Source: Strigamia acuminata (Eukaryota). From it: a stretch of 64,000 nucleotides of DNA. The position numbers and the translations under genes were made by a program. The stretch lies in assembly GCA_949358305.1 (NCBI GenBank), contig OX442314.1, positions 10,664,001 through 10,728,000 of the forward strand. The letters run 5' to 3'. Shown here piece after piece: positions 12,363-24,596 of the stretch. Numbering within the stretch: position 1 is the stretch's first letter; each line of letters starts with the position of its first letter. A model generated the notes under the pieces. It worked only from the letters and a program-made list of their open reading frames with translations, had not been told where the DNA came from and did not search any database.

Positions 12363-15300
12363 ATGGACGCCCTTGATCGTTTGCGCGCTCAACAAGCCAT
12401 GTCCAGAGAAGGAGCCAAGCGGTTATGTAATGCCGTACTCGTCGAATTAGCCAACGTTGCACCAGAAATCCTCGCGTTGAAACGATTAAAAAACCAGTTG
12501 TTAGCAAAGAGTGAACAATTGACAGCGCTCGTTGATAAGATATCGCCGATGATTATTACACGTGCGGATTTGGAGAAAGAAGAAAGCGACAATGAAGATT
12601 ACCGTGAGTTGATAATCGACTCTCTTACCGATATTGAAGTCAAATTGGAAGAACTTTTACGACCACCAGCACCAGTTATACCCCCAGCGATTCCAAACGG
12701 CGGCAGTGCCACGAGCAACTCAGGCGAAGGGATGATAAAGCTGCCAAAGTTAGTAATGTCAAAATTTGGAGGGAATCTTGTTGAATGGTAAAAGTTTTGG
12801 TCCAATTTCGAGTTGAGTGTCCACGGCAACAGTTCACTTACAGCAAAAGCCAAATTCGTGTATTTGAACTCAGTTCTCGAAGGTACTGCAGCAACAGTTG
12901 TTCATGGTCTCAAAATCAGCGATGAGAATTATGAAACTGCAGTGACTTTACTTCAAAATCGTTTTGGCCGAAAAGAAGTCATCGTCAATGCTCATATTCA
13001 GACTTTGATGAAACTTAAGCCAGTATAACGAGTTAGCGACCTCGTTGAGTTGCGTAGACTCTACGACACGTGTGAATTACATATTCGAAGTCTCGAGACT
13101 CAAGAGATCGATACAGCCACGTTTGGAATTGTATTGTGTCCATTAATACGAAATGCGGTGCCTGACGTTATTGCACTAGATTTTGCACGCAAAAATAATG
13201 AAAACACTCATGATATGAAACTGTTCTTGGAGTTTTTCAGAGCCGAACTGGAGTTACGAGAAGAAAATGTAGCCGTGAGCGATCAAACCGAGAAACCAGC
13301 CGCCAAGCCGTTTGTCGATTACAAGAAATCGACGCGTAACGATAAGCCACCCTCAGCCAGCACATTAACCACCAACGTTTCGTCATCTAGTTGTGTCTTC
13401 TGCGATGATGCGTCCCACAAGAAGGAAGATTGCCCGCTCAGTATTCCAGAACGATTGAAGCGATGCATGACAAAACGAACGTGTTTTAGATGTTTGGGCA
13501 GCAAACATATGGCACGCAGCTGTCCCCAGACAGAGAAGTGTGTGAACTGCGAGCGGTTCCACCATATCCTGTTGTGCGAGACTACCAAGCCAGAGACCGT
13601 TCTTGTGTCGACATTGACAGCAGCAGCAATTACAGCAGAGAACACTGACTTGTTTTTGCAAGTATTGATAACAAATGTGGAATCAAACTGTAAAACCAAA
13701 GCTGTGCAGTGCATGTTTGATGGCGGAAGCCAAAGATCGTTCATTAGCCAGAAACTAGTGAATGAACTTGATGCCCAAGTAGTGGGAAAGCAGAACATGC
13801 AGATTTCTAGTTTTGGCGATTCCAAAACTGAGAGCGTTTGTCGTCGACGCGTAAAAGTGACGTTAAGAAATATGACTGATACTAATAAATTTATTGATTT
13901 AGAATTAATTGAAGTACCAAGAATAACTCACTCAGTCGCGAGGCAGTCGGGTCCCAACAAGTGCGAAATCTTGCGCAAACACAAGATCACCTTAAATATT
14001 GACCAGATGTCGAACCAACAAGATGAGGTGGCAATTCTAATTGGAGCGGACCACTTCTGGCATATCGTAACAGGCGAATCCAAGCGTTTGGACAAGGGAT
14101 TGATTTGTCTTCACACGTCTCTCGGTTGGACAATCCACGATGCAATTAGAAGCCAAGATGAGACGGTTAGACAGTCAGCAACCCACGTGAATCTTGTGCA
14201 GTATGAAGACCGACTCGACCACCTTCTTCAGCGTTTTTGGGAGCTAGAAGCGGTAGGCATTTCCTACGAAACTCTCACCAACCCCCAGGACAAGGAAGAC
14301 CAGGCAGTGATGAAGTTTAAAGAATCCATCAACTGGACGGGAGAGCGGTACGAGGTACGACTCCCTTGGTTGCTGGACAAATCAGAGTTGGACAGTAACT
14401 ATCGAATTGCACTCAAACGACTGTGGAATCTTGTTCGCAAGTTCAAACAAAATCCGGACTTGTACCATCGATATAAGAAAGTACTAGACGACCAAAAAGC
14501 TGCTGGAATCATCGAACCGGCCCTAGAAACCGCTAACCAGAGTGGGTGTTACTACCTCCCACACTGTCCAGTGATTCGTGAGCGTCGAAGCACCACAAAA
14601 TTGAGAATAGTCTACGACGCCTCGTCACATGCGCAAAAGAGTCGCTCTCTCAATGACTGCCTGTTTACAGGACCCAATCTCCTTCCAGAATTAATCAATG
14701 CCCTTTTATTTTTCAGACAATTCATTGTGGCATTGATTGGAGACATTAGACAAGCTTTTCATCAAATTTTGCTGGCTTTAGCTGACCGAGACGCGGTGAG
14801 GTTCCTGTGGATCACGAATGGATGGGACGTTGAAGGACCAATCGTGTTGGAAATTCTCAGACAAACCAAAGTCCTGTTTGGAGCATCTCCAAGTCCCTAT
14901 CTCTTGAATGGAACGATACAGCACCATCTCGAACAATATACGGATCGCTTTCCAGAATTAATTGCAAAATTGCTAAAAAGATGTTATGTGGATGATTTTT
15001 TGAACAGTGAAAAGACAACAACAGAAGCCATTGACGTCTACAAGAAGACGTCAACAATCATGCTCGAAGCTAATATGGAGCTAGTGAAGTGGTACAGCAA
15101 TTCCCTAGTGCTACGAGAGCAATTTGCTGTTGACCATCCAACTGCAACGTTCGAGGATGAGCAGAAAGTGTTGGGGTTGAAATGGAACGGCATTAGAGAC
15201 GACTTGTCACTGGAACTCGAGGATGTGAAATTGACTTTAGAACGTGAATTGAACACTAAACGGCAAGTTATTCAGTTAGTTGCGCAGATCTTTGATCCGT

Positions 15301-17555
15301 TAGGATTTACGTCGCCGTTTACAGTTTCCGGAAAGCTGTTTTTCCAGCAGTTGTGGAAGTTGCAGATTGGATGGGACAATCGTCTTCCCCTCGAACTTTT
15401 CGAACAGTGGGATAAATGGAAAGTGCAGTTGCCATTGTTAGAACATATTCGCGTGCCACGGCATTTTGGCTTGGATGCAGACTTGAATAATCACGAAATC
15501 CATCTGTTTTGTGACGCGAGCCCCTTAGCGTACGGGATGGTGGCGTACAATCGTGTGCGTCACCCAAAAGAAAGTTGTAATGTATTTTTTATTCTTTCCA
15601 AATGCAGGATCGCGCCAATTAAGACGATTACGTTGCCCAGACTCGAGTTGATGAGAGCCTTGCTGCTAGCCAGAATTGCACACAGACTGAAGCAATTCAC
15701 GACCGCGAAAGTCACAGCTTGGACAGATTCGACAATTGTTTTGTGTTGGTTGAACGAGAAGAGGAAAGCCATTCCATTCGTAGCCAGGAGAGTGGAAGAA
15801 ATCCAGACGCACGTTCCTTTTTCGAGTTGGCGACATTGTCCTGGAGTCCAAAATCCAGCGGACCTCCTGACGCGAGGAATAGATGCAGAGGCGTTGATTC
15901 AAGCGAGTGTGTGGTGGAGTGGCCACGAGTGGCTCGTGAAAGACGAAGTCGAATGGCCAAGCAGCAAAATAGACGAGAGTAGCGACGAAATTGAATCAGA
16001 GGACTATTTGGTTGCAACAGTCGTGATTCCAGAGCTGCAGTTGATGGAGAATCCTTCAAAATATGGCAGCTGGAGGCGATTAATACGAGTAACCGGATGG
16101 GTGCAGAGATTCGTCAAAAACAGCAGAAACAAAGTTCGAGATGGCGCGCCCTTGACAATAGATGAATTGTTAGCAGCTGAACTTTATTGGTTTCGTGCAA
16201 TGCAACAATCGAGTTTTGCGACAGAATACACAGATATCAACCATCATCAAGAGTTCGCTCATGGCTCCAGTTTGAACAATGTGTCGTGTTATATAGACGA
16301 AAGTGGTTTAATGTGATTGAATACCAGATTGCGATGGGCAACAGTCGACAGCAACATGAAAAATCCTTATGTTTTGCCCTCAAATCACATTTTAACCAGT
16401 CTTATCGTTTCAGAAGCACATCAAAGAATTTTCCATGGTGGACTCGGAGAGACTTTGGCAGAAATTCGTCAAAGGTTCTGGATTCCAAAGTTGAGAAGGA
16501 CAGTAAAAAGTTTGTTACACAGATGTTTTATGTGCAAGCGTGTACAAGGACGTTTCGTGCGGCAGACAGAGTCATCACTGCCACCAGATCGTGTCACTCA
16601 AGCTGAGCCATTTCAAGTTGCTGGAGTCGATTTCGCTGGCCCCCTGTACCAGCGCAACGGCGAGAAGTGTTACATTGTCGTGTTCACGTGTGCAGTTGTT
16701 CGAGCTGTGCACTTGGAACTGGTTTCGAGCATGAATACAGAGCGATTCATTCAAGCGTTAAAACGATTTTTTGCATGCAGAGGAGTCCCAAGCACGATTT
16801 ACTCCGACAATGCGCTGACTTTTAAGAGGGCTGAGAAAGAACTTTGCTTTTTGTTGAATGCAGTGAGAGGCGAACAGATACAAGGATTTCTGACCGAACG
16901 AGGCGTGAGATGGCAGTATATAGTCGAACGTGCACCGTGGTGGGGTGGCTTTTGTGAGCGAATGGTGAAGTCAACCAAGTCTAGCTTGAAAAAAGTCTTA
17001 GGAAGATTGTCCCTGGATTTTGAGGAGTTGACAACCATTCTCTCAGAAGTCGAGTCGTGTATAAATTCGCGACCACTCTCCTACGTTTACACCGAAGACG
17101 AAGACAGTCACCCACTCACTCCAGCTCATTTTCTGGTTGGAAAACGAAGCTGTACCTTGCCAGACCCCAGCCAAAAAACGATTCAACCGTTGCCATCAAC
17201 ATCAGTCACGATTTTGAAGCGTTGGAAACTCCGTCAACTGAAGTTAGGACTTTGGTGGACGCGATGGCAAAAGGAATATCTCACCGAGTTGAGAGTTCAT
17301 CGTAAGAATGACAAGAGTTCACGAGAAGTTTGACAAGGAGATGTTGTTCTTGTGGAAGAGTTAAATCAGCCCAGGATGACCTGGAAGATAGGAAGAGTCG
17401 TCGAAATATTCCGAGGACGAGACGGTCGTGTTCGCGCATGTGAGATAAAATTATCAGTCGGAAAGAACTTGCGTCGACCAGTACAGCGATTGTGCATTCT
17501 GGAAACTCACGACATAGAAGAATTGAGTGGAGTTACCACTTCGGCCCCAGTGTAA
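12363..17555 (+). pseudogene. BEL/Pao gag-pol polyprotein in a single reading frame, broken by four premature stops
   Basis: All ORF-track pieces are in the same frame, with stops at 12789, 13026, 16314 and 17331. Motifs: KLPKL..F.G gag; three Cys/His knuckles (CVFC..H..C, CFRC..H..C, CVNC..HH..LC); protease FDGGSQRSFI; RT RIVYDAS and YVDD; RNase H FCDAS and RLEL; integrase H-H-C-C, DFAGP, SDNA, APWWGGFCER; C-terminal GRDGRVR...RPVQRL. The terminal TAA lies inside the 3' LTR start. Confidence 0.93.
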
Positions 17556-17659
17556 AAACTGGCATTTTAGTTATAAGCGGAGACATACGATTTCGAGCGG
17601 AATGAGACGTTGACGTGCGAAGAAGCCAACTTTCAGCAGGAGTTTTGAACGATAATGAA

Positions 17660-18364
17660 TAAGCCTGCTATTTTTGCGGGCTTAAAACGACGCAATTGCG
17701 GGCGGAAAGCGGACCAAAAAACTGCCATTTTGCGGACGTATTGCGGGCTCATTTTTGGGTGTAAATAATAATTTTTTGAACCTAAAAATGAATTTTTGGT
17801 CTAAAAAATGAATTTTCGGTTCTAAAAATGAATTTTTGGTCCAAAAGATGAATTTTTGGTCCAAAAGATGAATTTTTGGTCCAAAAGATGAACTTTTGGT
17901 CCAAAAGATGAAATTTTGGTCCAAAAGATGAAATTTTGGTCCAAAAAATGAAATTTTGGTCCAAAAATGAAATTTTGGTCCAAAAGATGAAATTTTGGTC
18001 CAAAAGATGAAATTTTGGGCCAAAAGATGAAATTTTGGGTCAAAAGATGAAATTTTGGTCCAAAAAATGAAATTTTGGTCCAAAAAATGAAATTTTGGTC
18101 CAAAAAATAAAATTTTGGTCCAAAAAATAAAATTTTGGTCCAAAAAATAAAATTTTGGTCCAAAAAATGAATATTATTTTTGCAAGACACCCCAATTGCG
18201 GATTTTCCGCAAAAATTGCGGTACAACGGTCGAATTGCGGAAATTGCGGACCAAAAAGTATCTCAAAATTCAAAAATTTTAGTGCCAAAATGCTTCATTT
18301 GTTGTATCCGCAACTGTAGAAACATTTTGGGGAAAATTTATTTTCCGCAAAAATAGCAGCCCTA
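17660..18364. mobile_element. hAT-type MITE inserted in the 3' LTR (same family as 10148-11654, opposite orientation) with a (GGTCCAAAAGATGAAATTTT)n array
   Basis: TIRs TAAGCCTGCTATTTTTGCGG and CCGCAAAAATAGCAGCCCTA. The 8-bp TSD ATAATGAA lies at 17652-17659 and 18365-18372. The ~180 bp subterminal arm matches the other copy in reverse complement. Confidence 0.9.
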
Positions 18365-19064
18365 ATAATGAATGACGCGCAACAGGAAGTCGGCTTAAAG
18401 TGTTACAAATTATGCTAAATTCTCCTTTGTTCCCTTGAATATTGATATGTAAACCCCAAAAAGTTACAATAAACTTGTTCTCACTTCAAAAAGACATGTT
18501 TTTATTGCTCTAATCCAGAAAGTTAGAAAATCAGTAAATATACACAGTTTTTGCTCAAAATTAATGAAAATCGACTTTGCGAATCTTCAAATATACGTCA
18601 AAATGCAATGCTGTACACAATTTTTACAAATGTATTTAGTTCATTCCAAATTTATGCCAGTTTGAGGCCTCAATTTAAACAGCGAAAAATGCGAAAAATG
18701 GTGGGGCGAATCATTTACAATGTGTCACTGTACATTGTGTCGCTGTTGTAAAATGCCGCGCTAGATGACATACAAAGGGTCACATGACGATGTGGAAACA
18801 TAATTAATTTATTTAGGAGGAACAAACCTAATTGTTTCAGAACTATAAAAAAAGTCAATAAAACTATCATGAAATAAAATTACTCCTTGGTTGGACATGG
18901 GAGTAAAAACGATTATAATATTAATGACCTTAAATTGACGTGCCACTAGGATCAATTATCAATTAGTGTTGCCATAGTTATGAAAGTGTAAATATTTGTT
19001 TGTTGAAAATCCATTTGAGTTGACAAAAAGTTGAGTGTTCAACTCCATTGGTCAAATCTTGACC

Positions 19065-20029
19065 TTTTAGACTTCTAAACCTGATGTTTAGAAAGTCTCA
19101 TGAAACGGTCATGTCTGTCTGTCCGTCCGTCGTCAACGATTCCACAAAAACTATATCAGCTAGAGCCAAACGGACAACGGCATTAAATTCAGCATACTTA
19201 TATTAGTATTGTAAGGTATTTTCAGATTTCTCGGACCTCCGGTTGAATTAATAAACTGGTTTTAATGCACTTTTAGCCGTCTAATAATACTACTTCCGTC
19301 CTGCACCGGAAGTTGTAATATTGTACTAGCGGCACCTGGCGGATCCCGTGATCCATGAAATCTTCGTCGCGATATGTAAAATACTATTTTCTATATCAAA
19401 ACTAGGTTTATAAATTTTGAAACTAGGCTCATTCGATTCCAAATCGAAATCTGCACCAGCCTGTATATATTTTTTTTTTATTTGGTCGAAAAAAAGTAGC
19501 ATTACGATCGGCGACCGAAGGGGAAATTTACACCAAATTAGACGTATGTGTTGTGTCACCCGTACGTTCGTGTACGCGAATTCTAACGAACATCTAATTA
19601 AGTTTTCTTGATTTTCAGTCCTCCAGAATTTAGACACTCGGTTGCATTCGAGTACTCAAACGCGGCCGAAATGTCCTAATTTCTGCGGCCGAGTGTGTGA
19701 AATTGCTTCGAAGTAATTTTGGACGCAAACTTCAGGACATTTCGGCCGCGTTTGAGTACTCAAATGCAGCCGAAACGTCCTAATTTCCACAGAACTTCTG
19801 TGGACTTTAACTGGAAAATTTTTTGGCCCCCGAATCAGCCAATGGTTGCCATGTGTTGTTTACAACATTCTTAATAATGTTTGTTGTTGCTTTATTTTGG
19901 CCAAAAATTTTATTTTGTATTTATTTACTTTATTTTCTTTTATTTTGGTGTTTTATTTAGGGACAGAGAGACAGGGTTTAGAAGTCTAATATGTAATGCT
20001 TCCCTGCATTACAAATCCCTGCTTGTTTT
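19065..20029 (+). mobile_element. DINE-1/HINE-like non-autonomous Helentron (rolling-circle) element
   Basis: 15-bp subterminal inverted repeats TTAGACTTCTAAACC (19067-19081 and 19975-19989); a partial inverted copy at 19086-19098; a (GTCY)n microsatellite at 19112-19131; a 3' hairpin TGTAATGC-ttccct-GCATTACA (19992-20013); T-rich ends. Confidence 0.8.
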
Positions 20030-20081
20030 CATTTGTATGAAGCGCATGTGTCAAGCGCCCTCTATGCTAATTTTGTTAAAA

Positions 20082-20616
20082 TGTGACCGCTTGGCCACCC
20101 AAGGGTGACCAGCGTCACTGCCAAATGCCGCCCAATGGCCCTAATGTCATTCCTCCTTGCTGAGTGGTATGACTCGACAGAGGTGTGTGGACTGTGAAGT
20201 AAGGTCCTGAAGCCAGCAAGGGCAGTCGTGCCTTGTGCTGACTCGGCTCTCTCTCCTCATTCACCTCTGCAACGCTCATTAGTGTAATGATGGACCCTCT
20301 ACAGCCTCCATGAGCGGTTGCATTGGCCGTACAGGTGTGTACGGCAGAATGTTATGTTTGAACGGCCTCGCCACACATCGGGCTCCCTCCCTGTATATAG
20401 GGCTCCTTCCCTGTGTATGATGGGTCGGTTGCCGGTGTGGTGTGCCTTTGCGGCACTGCCAACACGCGGGTAGATGGAATTCTCCAACCCCTAAACAACG
20501 GATTAAAGGCCAACAGCCCAACAATCTGGAGTTCCTTGTCTTATTTACCTGAGTATGTGTCCGACCCCATGATAACCAGTCCCCAGGCCGCCATGGAGAA
20601 CACCTTACCAGTCACA
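20082..20616 (+). mobile_element. Probable solo LTR
   Basis: A 535-bp GC-richer block bounded by TGTGAC...GTCACA, with a TATA-like TATATAG (~20394) and ATTAAA (~20502). There is no clean TSD (AAAA vs ATAA). Confidence 0.45.
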
Positions 20617-20887
20617 ATAATAAAACCAGTTATGTTAATTCCGTAATATCAATGGCTGTTTCTTTCATACTCTAATCAGTTGCTACTACAATCAATGTGC
20701 AGAACACAACAAAAAGATTGTCACCGCTTCGTAATTCACATAGAAAACTAAGTTAAGTTAAAGAGTTGTGTATACGTGTATTCGATATGTTCAAAGCGCT
20801 ATTTTGTCATAAACATTAGGTGCGTTCAAATTTTTTGCTTACGCCGTTTATATTAATGGCCTAACCATGCAAAAATGTACCTAACTA

Positions 20888-22880
20888 GGTGCGTTTAAAG
20901 TTTCGCTTAATATCATTTAGAAAAACGTTCCTAACCGTGAATATGTTCGTTTTTGGCCCGTTTTTGATATCGCTTTTACATAATTTAGCATTTACTCACA
21001 CCATGTGTGTTTATGACACTTTCCAGTAGGCCATTTTCAATTTGGTGATGGTTTTTGGCTGTTTTTGCACTGCAAAAAATATTAGATTTTATGATTGATA
21101 TACATAAATAAATATATTGTAAACAATATGATTTAATCATTGTAAATCATGTTTATCAAGATTGTTTGATATAATATTTATCATTGCGTTTACAAGTTTT
21201 AAAAGGACCACTTTACAATCCATATTAACATCGCATTTACATTTGTTTAGCAAAATATTTTCTACGTATTTATGAAAGATTTTCATAATGTTTAATTAAG
21301 CTTTATAATAATTTTTTCATTTGATTTAACTTTATTTATTTTTTGTGTTACAGATTTATCAATTGTTTTAATAACATTTAAACATACAGTACGGTATACT
21401 ACACTTCATACTAGTATACTAGTATACTACAACTTCATAGAGTATAGAACCGAAGGTTACTCTATGCCCAACTTGCTTTGTATCCGACAATTTGAGAATT
21501 GAATACATTTGCTTCATTTGAATTTCCCTCCGCGTTGGCTTGCCATAGATCGTTGTATCGGCTTTCGAGTCATCCTTGGCCAATTTGCTGCTCAAATGCC
21601 TGCAAATCAAACTTTAATCTTTTTAGTTACACCTTTCATAGTGTTTCCGTGCATTTACGCACCTTACGCGGTCGACTGACGGCTACTGCATCGCCCAAAC
21701 CCGCGGCATCGTTGCACCCGCCGTCCTCCAAGTCGGCTGCTTTTCGCGCCTGTCGCGCACTCGCTCCTGGAGTGATCTTTTTGTCCCGCTCCAAAGTCGT
21801 TGTCGCGGATAAAGATCGCTGCTGAGGCTGTTTAACCACTGCAAAGGGGTTATTCGGCACCCTTCTCTCGTTTCCGCCTCTTGTTTGACCAGATCTCGGA
21901 CCCAACAGTTCGATATCGGCGTCGCAAGAGGCATTTAGCTGTAATGCGCCTGGCAACGCCGCCATTTTGAACGACCTTGGTCGTTTTCCAACTCTATTTT
22001 AGATTGTTTCGACTTTTCGCCCAATTTACTAGTAATTCGAACTCTCTTCCGCCGTGTTAGCATTTATTTAAATACTAATCGCTTATTTGTCCGTTCTAAA
22101 AAGCCTTCACTTCGATCAAAACGAGTCACGTGACTCCAGCACCTTCGCTTCGGTTCGTTTCGCCTGCCAACCAGGTTTTAGCACTACCGGAGTAGCTCAC
22201 CACGTTCTAACGTGCATTTCGGCCCGTTTTGGTTTGTTTTCGGTCTGTTTGACCACTCCTAAACGTTTGAGGAGGTTCCTAAACCTCTCGTCGGGTCTTT
22301 CCCGGAGGTTTGGCGGCCTTAATTGTCGTTTTTCAACGTTTGGATCGCGCATCCCGCCTCGCGTCGGGTTATAGTAGCCGCACAACCCGACTCCTCTCGT
22401 CTGCTCGCCCTTTGAGTTTGTTTTTTACACTAATTTACGTGAATAAACGGTTTTTGGGGAATTTTGGGCTTACTACTAGTTTGATTTAACTAATCAATAT
22501 TGTGTTTTCAGAGCTCGTAGTTGAGTTTAACTTAAGTTTGGATGTTTTATTGATTCTGTATTGTGTTGAAGCCCAACCGTTTTTTTGTCGTTTTTACAAC
22601 ATATTTTATCATTGCATAAATATAAATATTTACAGTTAGTTAAACACGTGAAAACTAAATGAAAATCCTCATGTTTAGCCAATACAGAAAATTAATTTAT
22701 AAATACATGATAAATGAAATATTTACCTATAGATTTATCATTACATTTAAAATAATTGATTATACTAATATTTATCATTATTTTTAAAATATATTTAATT
22801 TTGAAAATCAGATCTTTTTTTGCAGTGTTGATGTCCATTCCGTTTATAGAAACAGTAAAAACCGTAACTTTAAACGCACT
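20888..22880. mobile_element. Harbinger-like MITE split by a nested CACTG element
   Basis: The ends GGTGCGTTTAAAGTTTCG and CGTAACTTTAAACGCACT are imperfect inverted repeats. Flanks are CTA and TAA. Confidence 0.55.
21068..22827. mobile_element. Non-autonomous CACTG-ended (CMC/EnSpm-like) DNA transposon
   Basis: TIRs CACTGCAAAAAATATTAGATTTT and AAAATCAGATCTTTTTTTGCAGTG, with a 3-bp TSD TTG on both sides. AT-rich arms surround a GC-rich core (21640-22410). Confidence 0.75.
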
Positions 22881-24596
22881 TAATGTTATCGATGCTCCAA
22901 ATTTTTAACTCAATAGTGACTTTTTATAAGTATTTTAGGTTTTTCACCCCGCCAGATGTAATTGCATTTAAACGATGTAAACTTGAGCACAACTTTTTGT
23001 CGTTCTTACCTCATTCCTGTCGATATTGAAAGTGCTCAAGGTTTCCTGTTGTCATCGCAACTACCGCATTACGTTTTAAAATTAAAAAGCAGGTATTGAT
23101 TCGAGGTGAAATTGCTTTTGAAATATTTAACAGCACTTTTTCGCAAGGTGGTGTATTCTGCAGATTGAGAGAAGAGAGTTTGTAGTGTTTAAGATTTAAT
23201 TTTAGTTTTGTTGAACTTTTTTTCCCAATTTGGAATTGCCGTGGTTTAAGGTAGCAAATCGTGATGGCCGGCATCATCGCAGGTTTAGTTCGTGAATGTG
23301 AAAAATTCGTAAAAAGTAAAGAAAATACTATACCACATAAGACGAACCTCGCAATTACAAACACAGTCATATTGAATTCCTCAATATATTCCACAATTTT
23401 TTTTTCATTTCAATTACAGGTAGTTGCCTCTGTACGGTGGCCCGTATAGATCATCGTAATTTACTCAAAGTTTAGAAATTTTACACCTCCGAAAACGAGA
23501 TCTACTTGTAGTAGTCAAATGAAATGAAATGAAAATTCAAAGAATTAAATTTCCAAAATTTAACATTAAATTTGGTAAATTTGTTTTGTTCATTTTGACT
23601 CTATTTGCTACCTACAACAATTTACTTTTATAGGCAGAAATTTGGCCAAATTTGCCCCATTTTTCTCAGTTGTGTAACGTTTCGGGTTTTAGAGTTGCCC
23701 ATTCTCCAACCGCTTCGCTTCTCGATCTTCTCTTCGAGAATGCACTGGGCGGCATATTTGGAGAGGAAATTACCGAGGGTTTCGTTCGAGGTAGAAGGCA
23801 GAAAAACATGAACGAAGCGCACGAAATAAACTCGTAAACAAAATGTAACTGACGATCCGATCCGATCCGATCCGATCCGATCGCCGTTCCTATCCATAAT
23901 CCAAGCGTGGAAAATTAAATATATTTATTTTCCCGACGATGGTGAGTAGAATGTTTTATTTTTTTCTTTTTCAATTTATTTCATTTTAGTACGAAACACG
24001 TACTTGAATCTCGTGCTTAAATAATTAAAATGAATACTATTTACACCGGATCAAGATTGATGTTACGCCACATGGCAGATAAACAACATAATTGGCGATT
24101 TTTACAACAAAATTGGTGATTTTTTACAAAAATTGGTGATTTTTCACAAAAATTGGTGATTTTTCACAAAAATTGGTGATTTTTCACAAAAATTGGTGAT
24201 TTTTCACAAAAATTGGTAATTTTTCACAAAAATTGGTGATTTTTCACAAAAATTGGTGATTTTTCACAAAAATTGGTGATTTTTCACAAAAATTGGTGAT
24301 TTTTCACAAAAATTGGTGATTTTTCACAAAAATTGGTGATTTTTCACAAAAATTGGTGATTTTTCACAAAAATTGGTGATTTTTCACAAAAATTGGTGAT
24401 TTTCACAAAAATTGGTGATTTTTCACAAAAATTGCCAATTTTTACAACAAAATCGGTGATTTTTCATATAAATTGGCGATTTTTCAAACAAAATCGATGA
24501 TTTTTTATAAAAATTGGCGATTTTTACAACAAAATCGATGATTTTCATAAAAATTGGTGATTTTTACAACAAAATCGGTGATTTTTTTAAAATTAA

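Larger units (their letters stand above)
9962..18591 (+). mobile_element. Full-length BEL/Pao LTR retrotransposon, inactivated
   Basis: Two 328-bp LTRs once nested MITEs are removed: 9962-11804 and 17551-18591, with about 9 substitutions by eye. The 5-bp TSD TATAC lies at 9957-9961 and 18592-18596. The PBS directly follows the 5' LTR. Domain order is gag-PR-RT-RH-IN. Confidence 0.95.

Noticed and set aside
12789..17333. Programmed stop-codon readthrough in the BEL polyprotein
   Set aside because: Four scattered stops within domains fit decay better. BEL/Pao elements normally have one continuous ORF.
17682..18288. ORFs of repeated DQNFIFWTKISSFGPKFHLL
   Set aside because: They are translations of the 20-bp satellite, not a protein.
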